Source: Flavobacteriales bacterium (GTDB lineage: Bacteria; Bacteroidota; Bacteroidia; Flavobacteriales_D; CAJJDF01). Taken from it: DNA of 64,000 nt. Both the position numbers and the translations under genes were made by a program. This document shows, piece after piece, positions 10,050 to 20,036 of this stretch. How positions within the stretch are numbered: position 1 is the first letter of the stretch; every line of letters begins with the position of its first letter. The notes below the pieces were generated by a model, which saw only the letters and a program-made list of their open reading frames with translations, was not told the DNA's origin and did no database searches. Location: the NCBI GenBank assembly GCA_965657945.1, contig CBFHPW010000004.1:20219-84218 (forward strand), read 5' to 3'.

Positions 10050-10505
10050 ATGTTTGATAACCCAATTGAAATTTACAAAAAAATAAACCTTTTTGCCCAA
10101 GAAAACGGGATGAAACTTACAGTTAAAACACCTGGTGAATCCTTGTATTCGATGACAGTTCTTGAAAAACATTTGAGTTCTCCAAACGTATGCCATGGTG
10201 GAGTTGTGGCTGGGTTTATGGATTCGGTATTGGGTTCTGCCGCTTTGTCTATTTCTTTCCAATCGCAGGCGCTTGTTTCAACAGTAGAATTCAAAATCAA
10301 TTATTTCAAACCAGTTTATCTCCACGACCAGCTCGAGGGAATTGGGGAAGTAGATTTTGAAGGGAAAAAACTAATTTCTTCCACAGGAAGTATTTACAGA
10401 GTAAAAGGAGAAGAGCGAGAGTTAATTGCAAAAGCAATTGGGACATTCAACAAATATCCTTTGGAGAAAACAACCTTTGCTAAACTTTTTAACAACCAGA
10501 AGTAA
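10050..10505 (+). CDS. PaaI family hotdog-fold thioesterase
   Basis: CHGGVVAGFMD, STVEFKINYFKPV. ATG 10050 preferred over TTG 10026, which overlaps the -7 box. Confidence 0.88.
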   Translation: MFDNPIEIYKKINLFAQENGMKLTVKTPGESLYSMTVLEKHLSSPNVCHGGVVAGFMDSVLGSAALSISFQSQALVSTVEFKINYFKPVYLHDQLEGIGEVDFEGKKLISSTGSIYRVKGEERELIAKAIGTFNKYPLEKTTFAKLFNNQK

Positions 10506-10548
10506 TCCATTGGCTATTTCTTCGTTTATCCCTACTTTTAACCCCATT

Positions 10549-12330
10549 ATGAAAAGGATTGTTACGCTTATTGCCATATTGTTTTCCGCCTGTCTTTACG
10601 GACAAAAGGTAGATACGACTCAATCTATTTTTGAAAACTCTTCTGTTTACAGAGATTATCGCGAGGTTTATTTGTCCAATTTAGGGCAGGCAAAGTACCA
10701 TTTACTTTCCCCTTTCCAATCAAACAATAGGCAGTTTTTAAAGCTTTTCCCTGATTCTTCTAATTCATCCACATTTACCGATGTTTTTTATGTTTCTGGT
10801 TCTGGTAGAGAGAATTACGTAGAGGTAATACATAACCAAAAATTAAGCAAATCATTGGTAGGGAAAGCTAAAATATTGAAAACAACCTCAGAAGGAATTT
10901 ATGTAAGTAATGAAGCTGAGCTCTCCAATTTTGAGATTGGGTTGAGTTTTTTACCCAAGAACAAACAATATCAGTTCGAGGCCAATTTTGCGAACTATAA
11001 GAGGTACTCAAATCTGAATGGAGGAATTTCTGATTCTACCTTTTTTTCTTTGTTGGATTCTTCCAATGGAAACCTAAAATCTACATTTCCCAATCAATTC
11101 AAGGTAGGTTCTGGCTCAAATTCCAATAATATGGATTTGAAAATAATGAACATTGATTTTGCTCACGCTTATCGATTGGGAGCTACGAAATCTGATTCAA
11201 CCAAGTATTTTCAATTAAGACAAAAACTTACTTATTCTCGAACTCAGCGAAACACGAAACTGATAAATTCTGGCGATTTTTTTCAAAATTATTTTCAAGA
11301 TTCCGTTACCACTTCGGATAGCCTGAGGCTTGAACAACTTTCTCATCGGTTTCAGTTGGAGTGGGCTTCTACTCATTCGAATCTTGCATTTGGAATTGGT
11401 CAAAATTATTACGAGTACTCAAGTTTAGCACCTTTTCAAGTTCATTTAGAGAACTTGCTTTATGGTGTGTATCGGTTTCAAAAAGATAGTTTACAAGTGG
11501 AATCTTACGGGGAGTTTATGATTTCTGAAGGCGGTTACGAGTCCTTTGAATTGAAAAACAAAGCAACTGTTATTAAATCCACCGAGGCACTTTTTACTAA
11601 ACTTTCTCTGGAAGCAAATTATTTCACCGATTTACCCGAACTTTATTTCAATCAGTACGCTTCCAATCATTTTGTATGGAACCAGGTAAATAACAGAAAC
11701 TCAATTATTAAGCTTAAAGCCCAAGCTTCCAATAATAGCAGGCGGTATGGAGCAAGTCTTCATTTTGAAAATCAGAATAATGCCGTGTTTTTTGATGAAA
11801 ACTCGCAACCAATTCAAACCCAAATCGCTTATTTTAATTTCACCCTCAACAAGGAATTTAAATTTACAGAGTGGTTTTACCTGAACTCAAATCTTCACGT
11901 TCAGGATGTATTCACCGATGCAAGTATTGAAGTACCGAATGTATTGCTGCAAAGTTCTATTTTTTTTAGAGGAAGATTAATCAAGAAAGTTTTGAGATTT
12001 AAAGCGGGGGTTAACGTGCTGTATTATTCAAGATTTACACCGCGTAACTACAATCCAGCTTTGGATGAGTTTACTCTTCAATCTTCCCAAACAGTTGGTA
12101 ATTACCCAATAATTGATGTTTTTTCTGAGTTTTATATCAAACGAAACTTTTCTTTCTTTGTGTTAGTTTCTCACATCAACAGCAACGTGTTTACAGCAGC
12201 AAATCTCAATAACATAAATCCAAATTGGAATCTTTCCAATGATTTTGGTCAAAATTACTTAGCTGTAAGTCAATATCCAATTCAAGACAGAGCATTCAAA
12301 TTTGGAATCAAATGGAGGCTGTTTGACTAG
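10549..12330 (+). CDS. Putative outer-membrane porin (Bacteroidota Porin_10-like beta-barrel)
   Basis: Signal peptide MKRIVTLIAILFSACLYG; NLGQA; amphipathic strands; GNYPIIDVF; C-terminal FKFGIKWRLFD. Confidence 0.75.
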   Translation: MKRIVTLIAILFSACLYGQKVDTTQSIFENSSVYRDYREVYLSNLGQAKYHLLSPFQSNNRQFLKLFPDSSNSSTFTDVFYVSGSGRENYVEVIHNQKLSKSLVGKAKILKTTSEGIYVSNEAELSNFEIGLSFLPKNKQYQFEANFANYKRYSNLNGGISDSTFFSLLDSSNGNLKSTFPNQFKVGSGSNSNNMDLKIMNIDFAHAYRLGATKSDSTKYFQLRQKLTYSRTQRNTKLINSGDFFQNYFQDSVTTSDSLRLEQLSHRFQLEWASTHSNLAFGIGQNYYEYSSLAPFQVHLENLLYGVYRFQKDSLQVESYGEFMISEGGYESFELKNKATVIKSTEALFTKLSLEANYFTDLPELYFNQYASNHFVWNQVNNRNSIIKLKAQASNNSRRYGASLHFENQNNAVFFDENSQPIQTQIAYFNFTLNKEFKFTEWFYLNSNLHVQDVFTDASIEVPNVLLQSSIFFRGRLIKKVLRFKAGVNVLYYSRFTPRNYNPALDEFTLQSSQTVGNYPIIDVFSEFYIKRNFSFFVLVSHINSNVFTAANLNNINPNWNLSNDFGQNYLAVSQYPIQDRAFKFGIKWRLFD

Positions 12331-15071
12331 TCGCAATAGTGACAATACTCGGCCTCTTCTTTGTGTTCAAACGGTATTCTTGAATCAAAAATTTCAGCCA
12401 AAATTTCTGCAACTTCCGCTTGAAATTCTTCCCTGTCTTCCTCAGTTGGTTTGCTTTTGTTTATGGCCAATTCCATCAGTCCGCTTGAAATAGATTTTGT
12501 GGAAATTATGCCGGCTGTGGAGTCATTGAGTGCGTTTTTTTCTGTTCCTACCAAGAAGTCATAGACCAATAACTGAAACACTTTTTCTTTAAATTTTTTG
12601 TTGGAGAACAAGGCAGAAACATTCGTAGATTTAACGTCTTCAGGTTTTACCAATCCCGTTTTGTAGTCAATAATTCGCTTTTTTCCGTTTACCGAATCTA
12701 TTCGGTCAATTTTACCTCTCAACTGGGTTTTTATAGTGCCTTGGCTCGTGTCAAACTCAAAATCTCTTATAAACTCTTCTTCTAATCCAAGGATTATTAA
12801 GTCATTGTTTTGTGCCAATTCTTCTTCCTTTGCCAAAAAACTTAGAATAGATTTTTTTGCTCCTTCAAACATCAAAAAGTTTTTTCCTGTATCGAAATGA
12901 GAAGAGTACTCTTTTTTAAAATAAAAAGTAAGTAATTCTTCCACTTGATTTTTCATTTCAAGGACATCTCTACCCACTATATTTTTATTTACAAATGGTT
13001 GGTACAGATGTTCTAAAACTGCATGAATAATTGTTCCAAATGTGTTGGCTTCAATGTCTTCTTCTACCACTTCTTCATCTCTCAGCCCAACCACGTAACT
13101 GTAGTAAAAATCGAGAGGACAACTCATGTATTTCGATATGGCAGAAGGGGAGAAGCCATATTCTGCCAAAGAATGTAGCTTGGCAAGAACCGCGTCATTT
13201 TTGTTAATTGACTTCCTCGTTTCTGTGGTTTTATTTATCTCCGTTGAAACTACTTTTTCCGTAATTGTGATGTTGTTGAATCCAGATAGTTCCTCTTTTA
13301 GCTGTTCAATGTATCTGCTTTTTTCACTTCCATTCATTCCAGACATTGAGCTGTTGTAAACAAGTGAAATATTAGAAGAACGCTGCAACAAGCGGTAAAA
13401 ATGATGGGCATAAATCGCCTCTTTCTCTTTGTAAGTTGGCAAGCCATAAAGCTTTTTTAATTCGTAAGGAAAAAAGCTATTGCTTGATTTTCCTTTTGGT
13501 AAAACGTCTTCGTTTACAGAAACCAAAAGAATATTTTCGAAATCGAGAGCTCGAGTTTCCAACATACCAATTAATTGCAGTCCAGCTAAAGGTTCACCAA
13601 TGAACGAGACATTCTCCGATTTGAATAATTGAAAAAACAAGTGTTTCAGTGTTTGTAAATCAGAGATGTAATTCTTGTGGGTCAATTTATTTTCTACTTT
13701 TCTTATTACTTTTTGTGCCGAGAACAAGTATTCCAACTCCAAGGAATTAGTGCCAAAATCTAAAGATTCTACCACTTTAGAAATAAGCAGATGCAGGGAA
13801 TCAAAAGCTGATTGAACGATGTTTTCTTGGTTCCATTGTTGAAACAAAAAATCCAATCCTTTTAGCTCGTCCTTTTCATGGATAAATTTTTTAGAAATAA
13901 AAGTGATATTCTTCGAAACAATTTCTTGTTTTAGGGCATAAGAATTAACAACCTTTTTCATTAGGTAATGTTCTACCAAACCCAAAAAACTGCGATAATG
14001 CAAACTTCCTTTGTTATGTTTAATATAACTTTCTTGGATAGAAAAAACAGAGGTTAACAAGCTAAAAACAGGTGAGTTAAAAAGCGAATATCCCAACGAA
14101 ATATTATAAGCATCAATTGAGCTAGGAATTGAGTTTATCACCGGAATCAACAAAGATTCATCAGCTAACACAACGGCAGTTTTCTTAATTTCATCACTCG
14201 AAAGCTTGGCTAAATGGTCGCCAACTGTCTTAGCCATCATCACATCAGATTGGGTAGAGAGAAGTTCTATTTTTTTGGTTCCTTGCTCGTAGTAAGAGTC
14301 AATCCAGTTGATCGATTTTTTTCCCTTTCTCGAAATTTGTTTTCCCAAAAACATCCCAGCTTCGTGGTCCAAATTATCTATGTAAAACGTATCTCCGTCC
14401 ATAAATAATTGTCCTTTTCCGCTGTTCACAAAGGTATCTACGATTAGCTCTTCGGAGGTAGATAAAGCGTTGAACCCTGCAAAATAAACAGAGTTTGGTT
14501 CGTGATCATCCAACACTTCGTAAATCGAAGTGGCTACCCATTTGTATAATTTCCCTGAATACCCTTTTTCCAGTCCTGTTAATCGATCATTCAATTTGGA
14601 ATACAAAAGTGGAAGAGTAGCCCAAAACTTAACGAAATCTTGTTGCATGTCGCTCAGTTTTTCTTCATTAAAACTCCAATTGTCTATTTCCTTTATATTT
14701 CGTAAATCATTAAAAATAGTGGTAGAATCCACCATATAATGATCCATTTCATTGAAATCAGCTAATAAAGTTGGTGCCCATTTCGAAAAATAATAAAATG
14801 AATCCGGTTCATTTTTCTCTACTTCTAAATACACTTCGTAAAATAAAAAGAGCAATTCGATATTGTCGATGGGTTTTAGCTTGCAATTTGTTTTAATGAA
14901 ATCATCGATGGTAATAATTGTGGGTGCCCAAGTTGTCTTTTCGGCCAATTCGGTAAGGTACTTTCGGCAGTAAACTCCGCTTCGCTGTGTCGGAACCACT
15001 AAGGTTACTTCTCCCAGGTTTTTGTGCTCAGATTTCACTGTTTCAATCAGTTGGAGTAAAAATGGTTTCAT
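12327..15071 (-). CDS. AddB/RexB-like protein: inactive helicase scaffold plus PD-(D/E)XK nuclease
   Basis: VVPTQRS, FAGFNALS, TAVVLADESLL, GMLETRALDF, FSPSAISKYMSCP, RGKIDRID, IIDYKTG. Confidence 0.85.
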   Translation of the reverse strand: MKPFLLQLIETVKSEHKNLGEVTLVVPTQRSGVYCRKYLTELAEKTTWAPTIITIDDFIKTNCKLKPIDNIELLFLFYEVYLEVEKNEPDSFYYFSKWAPTLLADFNEMDHYMVDSTTIFNDLRNIKEIDNWSFNEEKLSDMQQDFVKFWATLPLLYSKLNDRLTGLEKGYSGKLYKWVATSIYEVLDDHEPNSVYFAGFNALSTSEELIVDTFVNSGKGQLFMDGDTFYIDNLDHEAGMFLGKQISRKGKKSINWIDSYYEQGTKKIELLSTQSDVMMAKTVGDHLAKLSSDEIKKTAVVLADESLLIPVINSIPSSIDAYNISLGYSLFNSPVFSLLTSVFSIQESYIKHNKGSLHYRSFLGLVEHYLMKKVVNSYALKQEIVSKNITFISKKFIHEKDELKGLDFLFQQWNQENIVQSAFDSLHLLISKVVESLDFGTNSLELEYLFSAQKVIRKVENKLTHKNYISDLQTLKHLFFQLFKSENVSFIGEPLAGLQLIGMLETRALDFENILLVSVNEDVLPKGKSSNSFFPYELKKLYGLPTYKEKEAIYAHHFYRLLQRSSNISLVYNSSMSGMNGSEKSRYIEQLKEELSGFNNITITEKVVSTEINKTTETRKSINKNDAVLAKLHSLAEYGFSPSAISKYMSCPLDFYYSYVVGLRDEEVVEEDIEANTFGTIIHAVLEHLYQPFVNKNIVGRDVLEMKNQVEELLTFYFKKEYSSHFDTGKNFLMFEGAKKSILSFLAKEEELAQNNDLIILGLEEEFIRDFEFDTSQGTIKTQLRGKIDRIDSVNGKKRIIDYKTGLVKPEDVKSTNVSALFSNKKFKEKVFQLLVYDFLVGTEKNALNDSTAGIISTKSISSGLMELAINKSKPTEEDREEFQAEVAEILAEIFDSRIPFEHKEEAEYCHYCD

Positions 15072-15100
15072 ACGGAATAAGAGATTTTTCTGTCTAGAAA

Positions 15101-15108
15101 CAAACTTA
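15101..15108 (-). promoter_or_regulatory. -7 box (TAAGTTTG)
   Basis: CAAACTTA on + strand, 30 nt upstream of the addB-like ATG. Confidence 0.5.
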
Positions 15109-15218
15109 AGAATTTAATTCTCAATTAATAGAAGGGTTAAAATAAATCACAGGATTTTTTTTTGATTTGTAAGTAATTTAAAATTAATGTAATTTGCGAT
15201 AAAGAAATTAGGAAACCT

Positions 15219-16979
15219 ATGACAACTTTAACAAGAACATTTGACTTTGCTTACCATCAATTGGAAACTAATCCGCAAGAGGATTGCCTCGTAGATAAAA
15301 GAGAGGGAAAATGGATAAAGACCTCAACTTCAGAGTATTTATCAAAAGCTATGGAAATGAGTAAAGGACTTATTCAACTGGGAATAAAGCCGGGAGATAA
15401 AGTAGCGCTCATTTCGAACAACCGATCAGAATGGAATATTTGTGATGTGGCTTTACTCCAAATCGGAGCCGTTTCGGTTCCTATTTACCCAACAATTACC
15501 GAAAAAGAATATACTTATATTTTTAACAATGCGGAAATAAAACTGTGTATTGTCTCAGATGAGGAACTTTACGAAAAAGTTACTTCTATTGCACCTGATG
15601 TTCCTTCGCTCGAAGGTATTTATACTTTTAATGAAGTGAAAGGAGCAAAAAATTGGAAAGAAATTATGACGCTTGGACACCAAATTTCCGAGAAACAAGT
15701 AGAAGATTTGAGAGATTCTGTGAAAACTGAAGATCTGGCGACTTTGATTTACACATCTGGAACAACAGGTTTGCCCAAAGGAGTGATGCTTTCGCATAGC
15801 AACATAGTGAGTAATGTGCTAGATAGTATGGAAAGAGTGCCCGTAGATAAACAGGCAAAAGCACTGAGTTTTTTGCCAGTCTGTCATGTTTTTGAGAGAA
15901 TGATTCTTTATTTGTACCAGTATATTGGAGTTTCGATTTATTTTGCGGAGTCTCTTGAAACGGTAGGTGATGACATTAAAGATGTGAAACCAAACCTATT
16001 TACAGCTGTCCCGAGACTTATCGAAAAAGTGTATGCCAAAATAATAGCAAAAGGAGAAGATTTATCGGGAATAAAAAGAGCTCTCTTTTTCTGGGCGGTA
16101 AAATTGGGACACAATTGGGACATCAACAAAGGAGGTTGGTACAATTTCAAATTGAAAATTGCCAGAAAACTCATATTCAGCAAATGGCAAGAAGCCCTTG
16201 GAGGAAACATTGATGTAATTGTTTCAGGAAGTGCAGCACTAGAATCAAGCTTAATGAGAGTTTTCTACGCTTCGGGAATGCCAATTTACGAAGGGTATGG
16301 TTTGACAGAAACTTCTCCCGTTGTGAGTGTAATCTCAAAATTTGAAGACGGAATACGGATCGGAACAGTGGGTAAAGTGTTAAAAACGGTAAAAGTGAAA
16401 ATTGCTAAAACTGGTGAAATTTTGGTAAAAGGGCCTAATGTAATGCAGGGGTATTACAAAGCTCCCGAAAAAACCGCAGAAGTAATGGATGAAGAAGGAT
16501 GGTTTCATACAGGAGACAAAGGAGAATTTGTAGAAGGAAAATATTTGAAGATTACAGGAAGAATAAAGCAAATTTTTAAAACATCAGGAGGGAAGTATGT
16601 TTCGCCTGAACTAATGGAAAATAAATTCAAGTTATCCCCATTTATCGAAACAGTTATGGTGGTTGGAGAGAATAAGAAACACACTTCCGCACTAATAATT
16701 CCAGCTTGGGAATCTCTAGAGGATTGGGCAGATTACAAAAAAATTGCCTATTCGAATCACGATGATTTAGTAAAAAATGACTTGGTTATTGATAAGTTTG
16801 AAAGAGAAGTAGCCAAGTACAATGAGGATTTTGCCAAATGGGAAAAGGTAAAAGTGATTCGAGTAATAGCTGACGAATGGAGCATCGATTCTGGAGAATT
16901 AACACCAACTTTGAAATTAAAAAGAAACGTGGTATTGGAAAAATATTCTGATCTGATTGATGGGATTTATGCAGAATAA
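15219..16979 (+). CDS. fadD: Long-chain fatty acid--CoA ligase
   Basis: YTSGTTGLPKG, EGYGLTETSP, GWFHTGD, GELTPTLKLKR. Confidence 0.92.
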   Translation: MTTLTRTFDFAYHQLETNPQEDCLVDKREGKWIKTSTSEYLSKAMEMSKGLIQLGIKPGDKVALISNNRSEWNICDVALLQIGAVSVPIYPTITEKEYTYIFNNAEIKLCIVSDEELYEKVTSIAPDVPSLEGIYTFNEVKGAKNWKEIMTLGHQISEKQVEDLRDSVKTEDLATLIYTSGTTGLPKGVMLSHSNIVSNVLDSMERVPVDKQAKALSFLPVCHVFERMILYLYQYIGVSIYFAESLETVGDDIKDVKPNLFTAVPRLIEKVYAKIIAKGEDLSGIKRALFFWAVKLGHNWDINKGGWYNFKLKIARKLIFSKWQEALGGNIDVIVSGSAALESSLMRVFYASGMPIYEGYGLTETSPVVSVISKFEDGIRIGTVGKVLKTVKVKIAKTGEILVKGPNVMQGYYKAPEKTAEVMDEEGWFHTGDKGEFVEGKYLKITGRIKQIFKTSGGKYVSPELMENKFKLSPFIETVMVVGENKKHTSALIIPAWESLEDWADYKKIAYSNHDDLVKNDLVIDKFEREVAKYNEDFAKWEKVKVIRVIADEWSIDSGELTPTLKLKRNVVLEKYSDLIDGIYAE

Positions 16980-17463
16980 ATCGTGGCTATCTGTTGTTGC
17001 TTTGACCATTTGTTTTGCCTGTAGTGTTGATAACACCTTGCCCGAAATGGAATTTGATTCCTTGCCTCAGATAAACGTAACCAAAAGCAAATCCATCGAG
17101 GTAAATATTTCAGAGTGTTTCTTCATGAAAGAGAACCCAAGGAAAAACACATTACTTTCTGCTAAAGTTGAAGAAAATGGCGTTAAACTACTTATTTTAA
17201 GTGAATTGAGCTGTGACTTTGCAAATGGTGTTTACCTCAAAGAAATAGAGAATTCCGCTGATGTACTTAGCTTTAATCTTTTTCAGAAAGGTACTAGATT
17301 ATCAAATGAGTGCACATGTTATTTTTATTATCAACTCACTTTAAGAAACGCCAACCAAGTTCCCAAGAGTCTGTTTATTGGCAATGAACCGATTCTGGAA
17401 TCAAACAGCATTACATTTAATGAAAGTGAGTGGAAAGAAATTGAAAATAAATTAACTAATTAA
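16969..17463 (+). CDS. Hypothetical lipoprotein
   Basis: MQNKSWLSVVALTICFAC lipobox; overlaps the fadD stop; additional Cys residues (ISEC, LSC, CTC). Confidence 0.6.
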   Translation: MQNKSWLSVVALTICFACSVDNTLPEMEFDSLPQINVTKSKSIEVNISECFFMKENPRKNTLLSAKVEENGVKLLILSELSCDFANGVYLKEIENSADVLSFNLFQKGTRLSNECTCYFYYQLTLRNANQVPKSLFIGNEPILESNSITFNESEWKEIENKLTN

Positions 17464-17471
17464 ACAAAGGA

Positions 17472-17732
17472 ATGAAAATATCAGTAGAATTAACTTGCAC
17501 ACCGTTGCAAGACAATTACGAAGAAACAATAAAAAACTTTATTTTGAAATTACGAGCTTCGGGTTTTACTGTATTAGAAAACCCGTTGAGCACACAAGTC
17601 TATGGTGAATATGACGAGGTTATGAATATGCTCAATAGAGAAATAAAAAATTCATTAGAATTGGTGAGTGCAGGTATTTTTACTCTTAAAATAGTGAAGA
17701 CTGACCGAAGCTCCTATGTACCGAGTTTTTAA
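17472..17732 (+). CDS. Thiamine-binding (YkoF/DUF77-like) ferredoxin-fold protein
   Basis: ISVELTCTPL, ENPLSTQVYGEYDEVM pattern; 86 aa. Confidence 0.75.
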   Translation: MKISVELTCTPLQDNYEETIKNFILKLRASGFTVLENPLSTQVYGEYDEVMNMLNREIKNSLELVSAGIFTLKIVKTDRSSYVPSF

Positions 17733-17862
17733 TCTCAATTAATAAAAAATCACCTTATTGCTTTTTTTATTTTGCTTTATTTGACAATGAATTGATTACC
17801 TATTTTTTAAATATAAAGTTTAAGTATAATGTTTAGTTTTAGTTACAAAATAGTCCTTGTTG

Positions 17863-18498
17863 TCAAATGAACCAAGTCACAACAAAATCTTCCTGAACAG
17901 AAAATCCTAAAGTGAAAGAAGTTCTTTTGTTTTTTTCAATGAAGTGTCCGTTAAGCAAATGATTTTCCAAATCTATTTCGTTGATTATGAGTTGTGTTCT
18001 AAACTCAATCACTTCTTCTTGTTCACAAATAGAAGAAAACGCTTTGAATGCTGTTTCTTTTGCCGACCAAATTAGGTTGCAAAATATCAGAGAATCTAAT
18101 TCACAAAAATCCATTATACCAACTTCACTCGGATGCAAAAATTTGGATTTTACTTTCACAGCTTTCTCAGCTATTTCTTGCAAATCAACTCCGCACAATT
18201 CATCTTTCGGTTTAAGCTGAATCATCACTTTGTTGTCAGAGTGAGTAATAGAAATTTCTTTTTCTTCTCCGGATAACTGAGGGTTTTTATTAACATAATG
18301 AATATGAGCTCCGGGAATTATGGATTGCAATAATGCTCTAGAAGCAAGTATTTCTTTCTTCCTGTTCTCTTTCCTAAAAGACATCACAATATTTATTTCT
18401 TCTTCCGTTAGTTTCGGGATATTGAGTAATTCTTCTAGCGTTTCTGAAATGTCCCACAAATAAACCGAGGGATGAAAAGTAAGATTGGATAATGGCAT
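17863..18498 (-). CDS. 4'-phosphopantetheinyl transferase (Sfp-like)
   Basis: ISITHS, GVDLQ and WSAKETAFKA motifs. Confidence 0.85.
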   Translation of the reverse strand: MPLSNLTFHPSVYLWDISETLEELLNIPKLTEEEINIVMSFRKENRKKEILASRALLQSIIPGAHIHYVNKNPQLSGEEKEISITHSDNKVMIQLKPKDELCGVDLQEIAEKAVKVKSKFLHPSEVGIMDFCELDSLIFCNLIWSAKETAFKAFSSICEQEEVIEFRTQLIINEIDLENHLLNGHFIEKNKRTSFTLGFSVQEDFVVTWFI

Positions 18499-18531
18499 AA
18501 GGATAATGTTGATAGTTTGTAAAGAGATTAG

Positions 18532-18539
18532 TATCTTTG
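18532..18539 (+). promoter_or_regulatory. -7 box (TATCTTTG) for ahcY
   Basis: Exact match 21 nt upstream of the ATG at 18561. Confidence 0.6.
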
Positions 18540-18560
18540 TACAAAATTTTTAAATTAATT

Positions 18561-19874
18561 ATGAGCGAAGTAACAAACAAAAAGTTGCCTTACAAAGTTA
18601 AAGATATTTCTTTGGCCGAATGGGGGAGAAAAGAAATAAGATTGGCAGAAGCAGAAATGCCGGGATTAATGTCGATCAGAGAAGAATTTGGACCATCACA
18701 ACCTTTGAAAGGAGCTAGAATTGCTGGTTGTCTTCACATGACAATTCAAACTGCAGTGTTGATTGAAACCCTTACTGCATTGGGTGCGGAAGTAACTTGG
18801 TCATCTTGTAATATCTTCTCAACCCAAGATCAGGCTGCAGCTGCAATTGCAGAAACTGGTGTTCCAGTATATGCTTGGAAAGGGATGAACGAGGAAGAAT
18901 TTGATTGGTGTATCGATCAAACCATCAAAGGATTTGAAGGAGGAAAACCTCTTAATATGATTTTGGATGATGGGGGAGATTTGACAAACATGGTGTTTGA
19001 CAAATACCCAGAGTTAACTTCAGGGATAAACGGATTGTCTGAAGAAACCACTACCGGTGTACACAGATTATACGAAAGAATGAAAAACGGAACGTTGGTT
19101 ATGCCAGCAATTAACGTGAATGATTCAGTTACAAAATCTAAATTTGACAACAAATATGGATGTAAAGAATCGTTGGTGGATGCTATAAGAAGAGCTACCG
19201 ACACAATGATGGCTGGAAAAGTTGCTGTTGTTGCAGGATACGGAGATGTTGGAAAAGGATCTGCGGCTTCATTGAGAGGTGCAGGTGCAAGAGTTATTGT
19301 GACTGAAATTGATCCAATTTGTGCCTTACAAGCTGCTATGGACGGTTTTGCTGTAAAAAGATTGGAAAGCGTTATTTCGGAAGCGGATATCGTTGTGACA
19401 ACTACTGGAAACAAAGACATCATTAGAGGAGAGCATTTTGAAGCAATGAAAGACAAAACAATCGTGTGTAACATCGGCCATTTTGATAACGAAATAGATG
19501 TGGCTTGGTTGAACAATAACCACAAGAAAATTGAGGTAAAGCCACAAGTTGATATTTATGACGTGAACGGAAAAGACATCATTCTTTTGGCAGAAGGAAG
19601 ATTGGTAAACTTAGGTTGTGCAACTGGACACCCTTCATTTGTCATGAGTAATTCATTTGCTAACCAAACTTTAGCTCAAATTGAACTTTGGACGAACATC
19701 GAAAAGTACGACAAAAATGAAGTATACATGCTTCCTAAGCACTTAGATGAAAAGGTAGCAAAATTACACCTTGCAAAAATAGGCGTAGAGCTTACTGAGT
19801 TGACGAAAGATCAGGCTGACTATATCGGTGTAACTGTTGAAGGACCATACAAGCCAGAACATTACAGATATTAA
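18561..19874 (+). CDS. ahcY: S-adenosylhomocysteine hydrolase
   Basis: [56 protein letters not shown]. Confidence 0.99.
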   Translation: MSEVTNKKLPYKVKDISLAEWGRKEIRLAEAEMPGLMSIREEFGPSQPLKGARIAGCLHMTIQTAVLIETLTALGAEVTWSSCNIFSTQDQAAAAIAETGVPVYAWKGMNEEEFDWCIDQTIKGFEGGKPLNMILDDGGDLTNMVFDKYPELTSGINGLSEETTTGVHRLYERMKNGTLVMPAINVNDSVTKSKFDNKYGCKESLVDAIRRATDTMMAGKVAVVAGYGDVGKGSAASLRGAGARVIVTEIDPICALQAAMDGFAVKRLESVISEADIVVTTTGNKDIIRGEHFEAMKDKTIVCNIGHFDNEIDVAWLNNNHKKIEVKPQVDIYDVNGKDIILLAEGRLVNLGCATGHPSFVMSNSFANQTLAQIELWTNIEKYDKNEVYMLPKHLDEKVAKLHLAKIGVELTELTKDQADYIGVTVEGPYKPEHYRY

Positions 19875-19898
19875 TAAAACAAGAAGAAAAAAAGTAAC

Positions 19899-19929
19899 AC
19901 CTCGAAACATCAGTTTCGAGGTTTTTTTT
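19899..19929 (+). terminator. Rho-independent terminator of ahcY
   Basis: ACCTCGAAAC-atca-GTTTCGAGGT followed by a T run. Confidence 0.9.
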
Positions 19930-20036
19930 GCTTCAGTTTGAATGAATTATACCTTGTAGCATAATGGGTTAACTTAATTTTATTAAAGTGTGAATTATTT
20001 CTTATCTTAAACAACGTTAATTGAAAAAGATCTGAA

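Noticed and set aside
18499-18560. SAH or SAM riboswitch upstream of ahcY
   Set aside because: Only about 20 nt lie between the -7 box and the ATG; no room and no motif.
18917-19525. 202-aa antisense ORF inside ahcY (similarly 3654-4121 in accA, 60317-60766 in marC, and other short ORF-track entries)
   Set aside because: Shadow ORFs opposite well-conserved genes, explained by codon bias; no motifs or promoter context.
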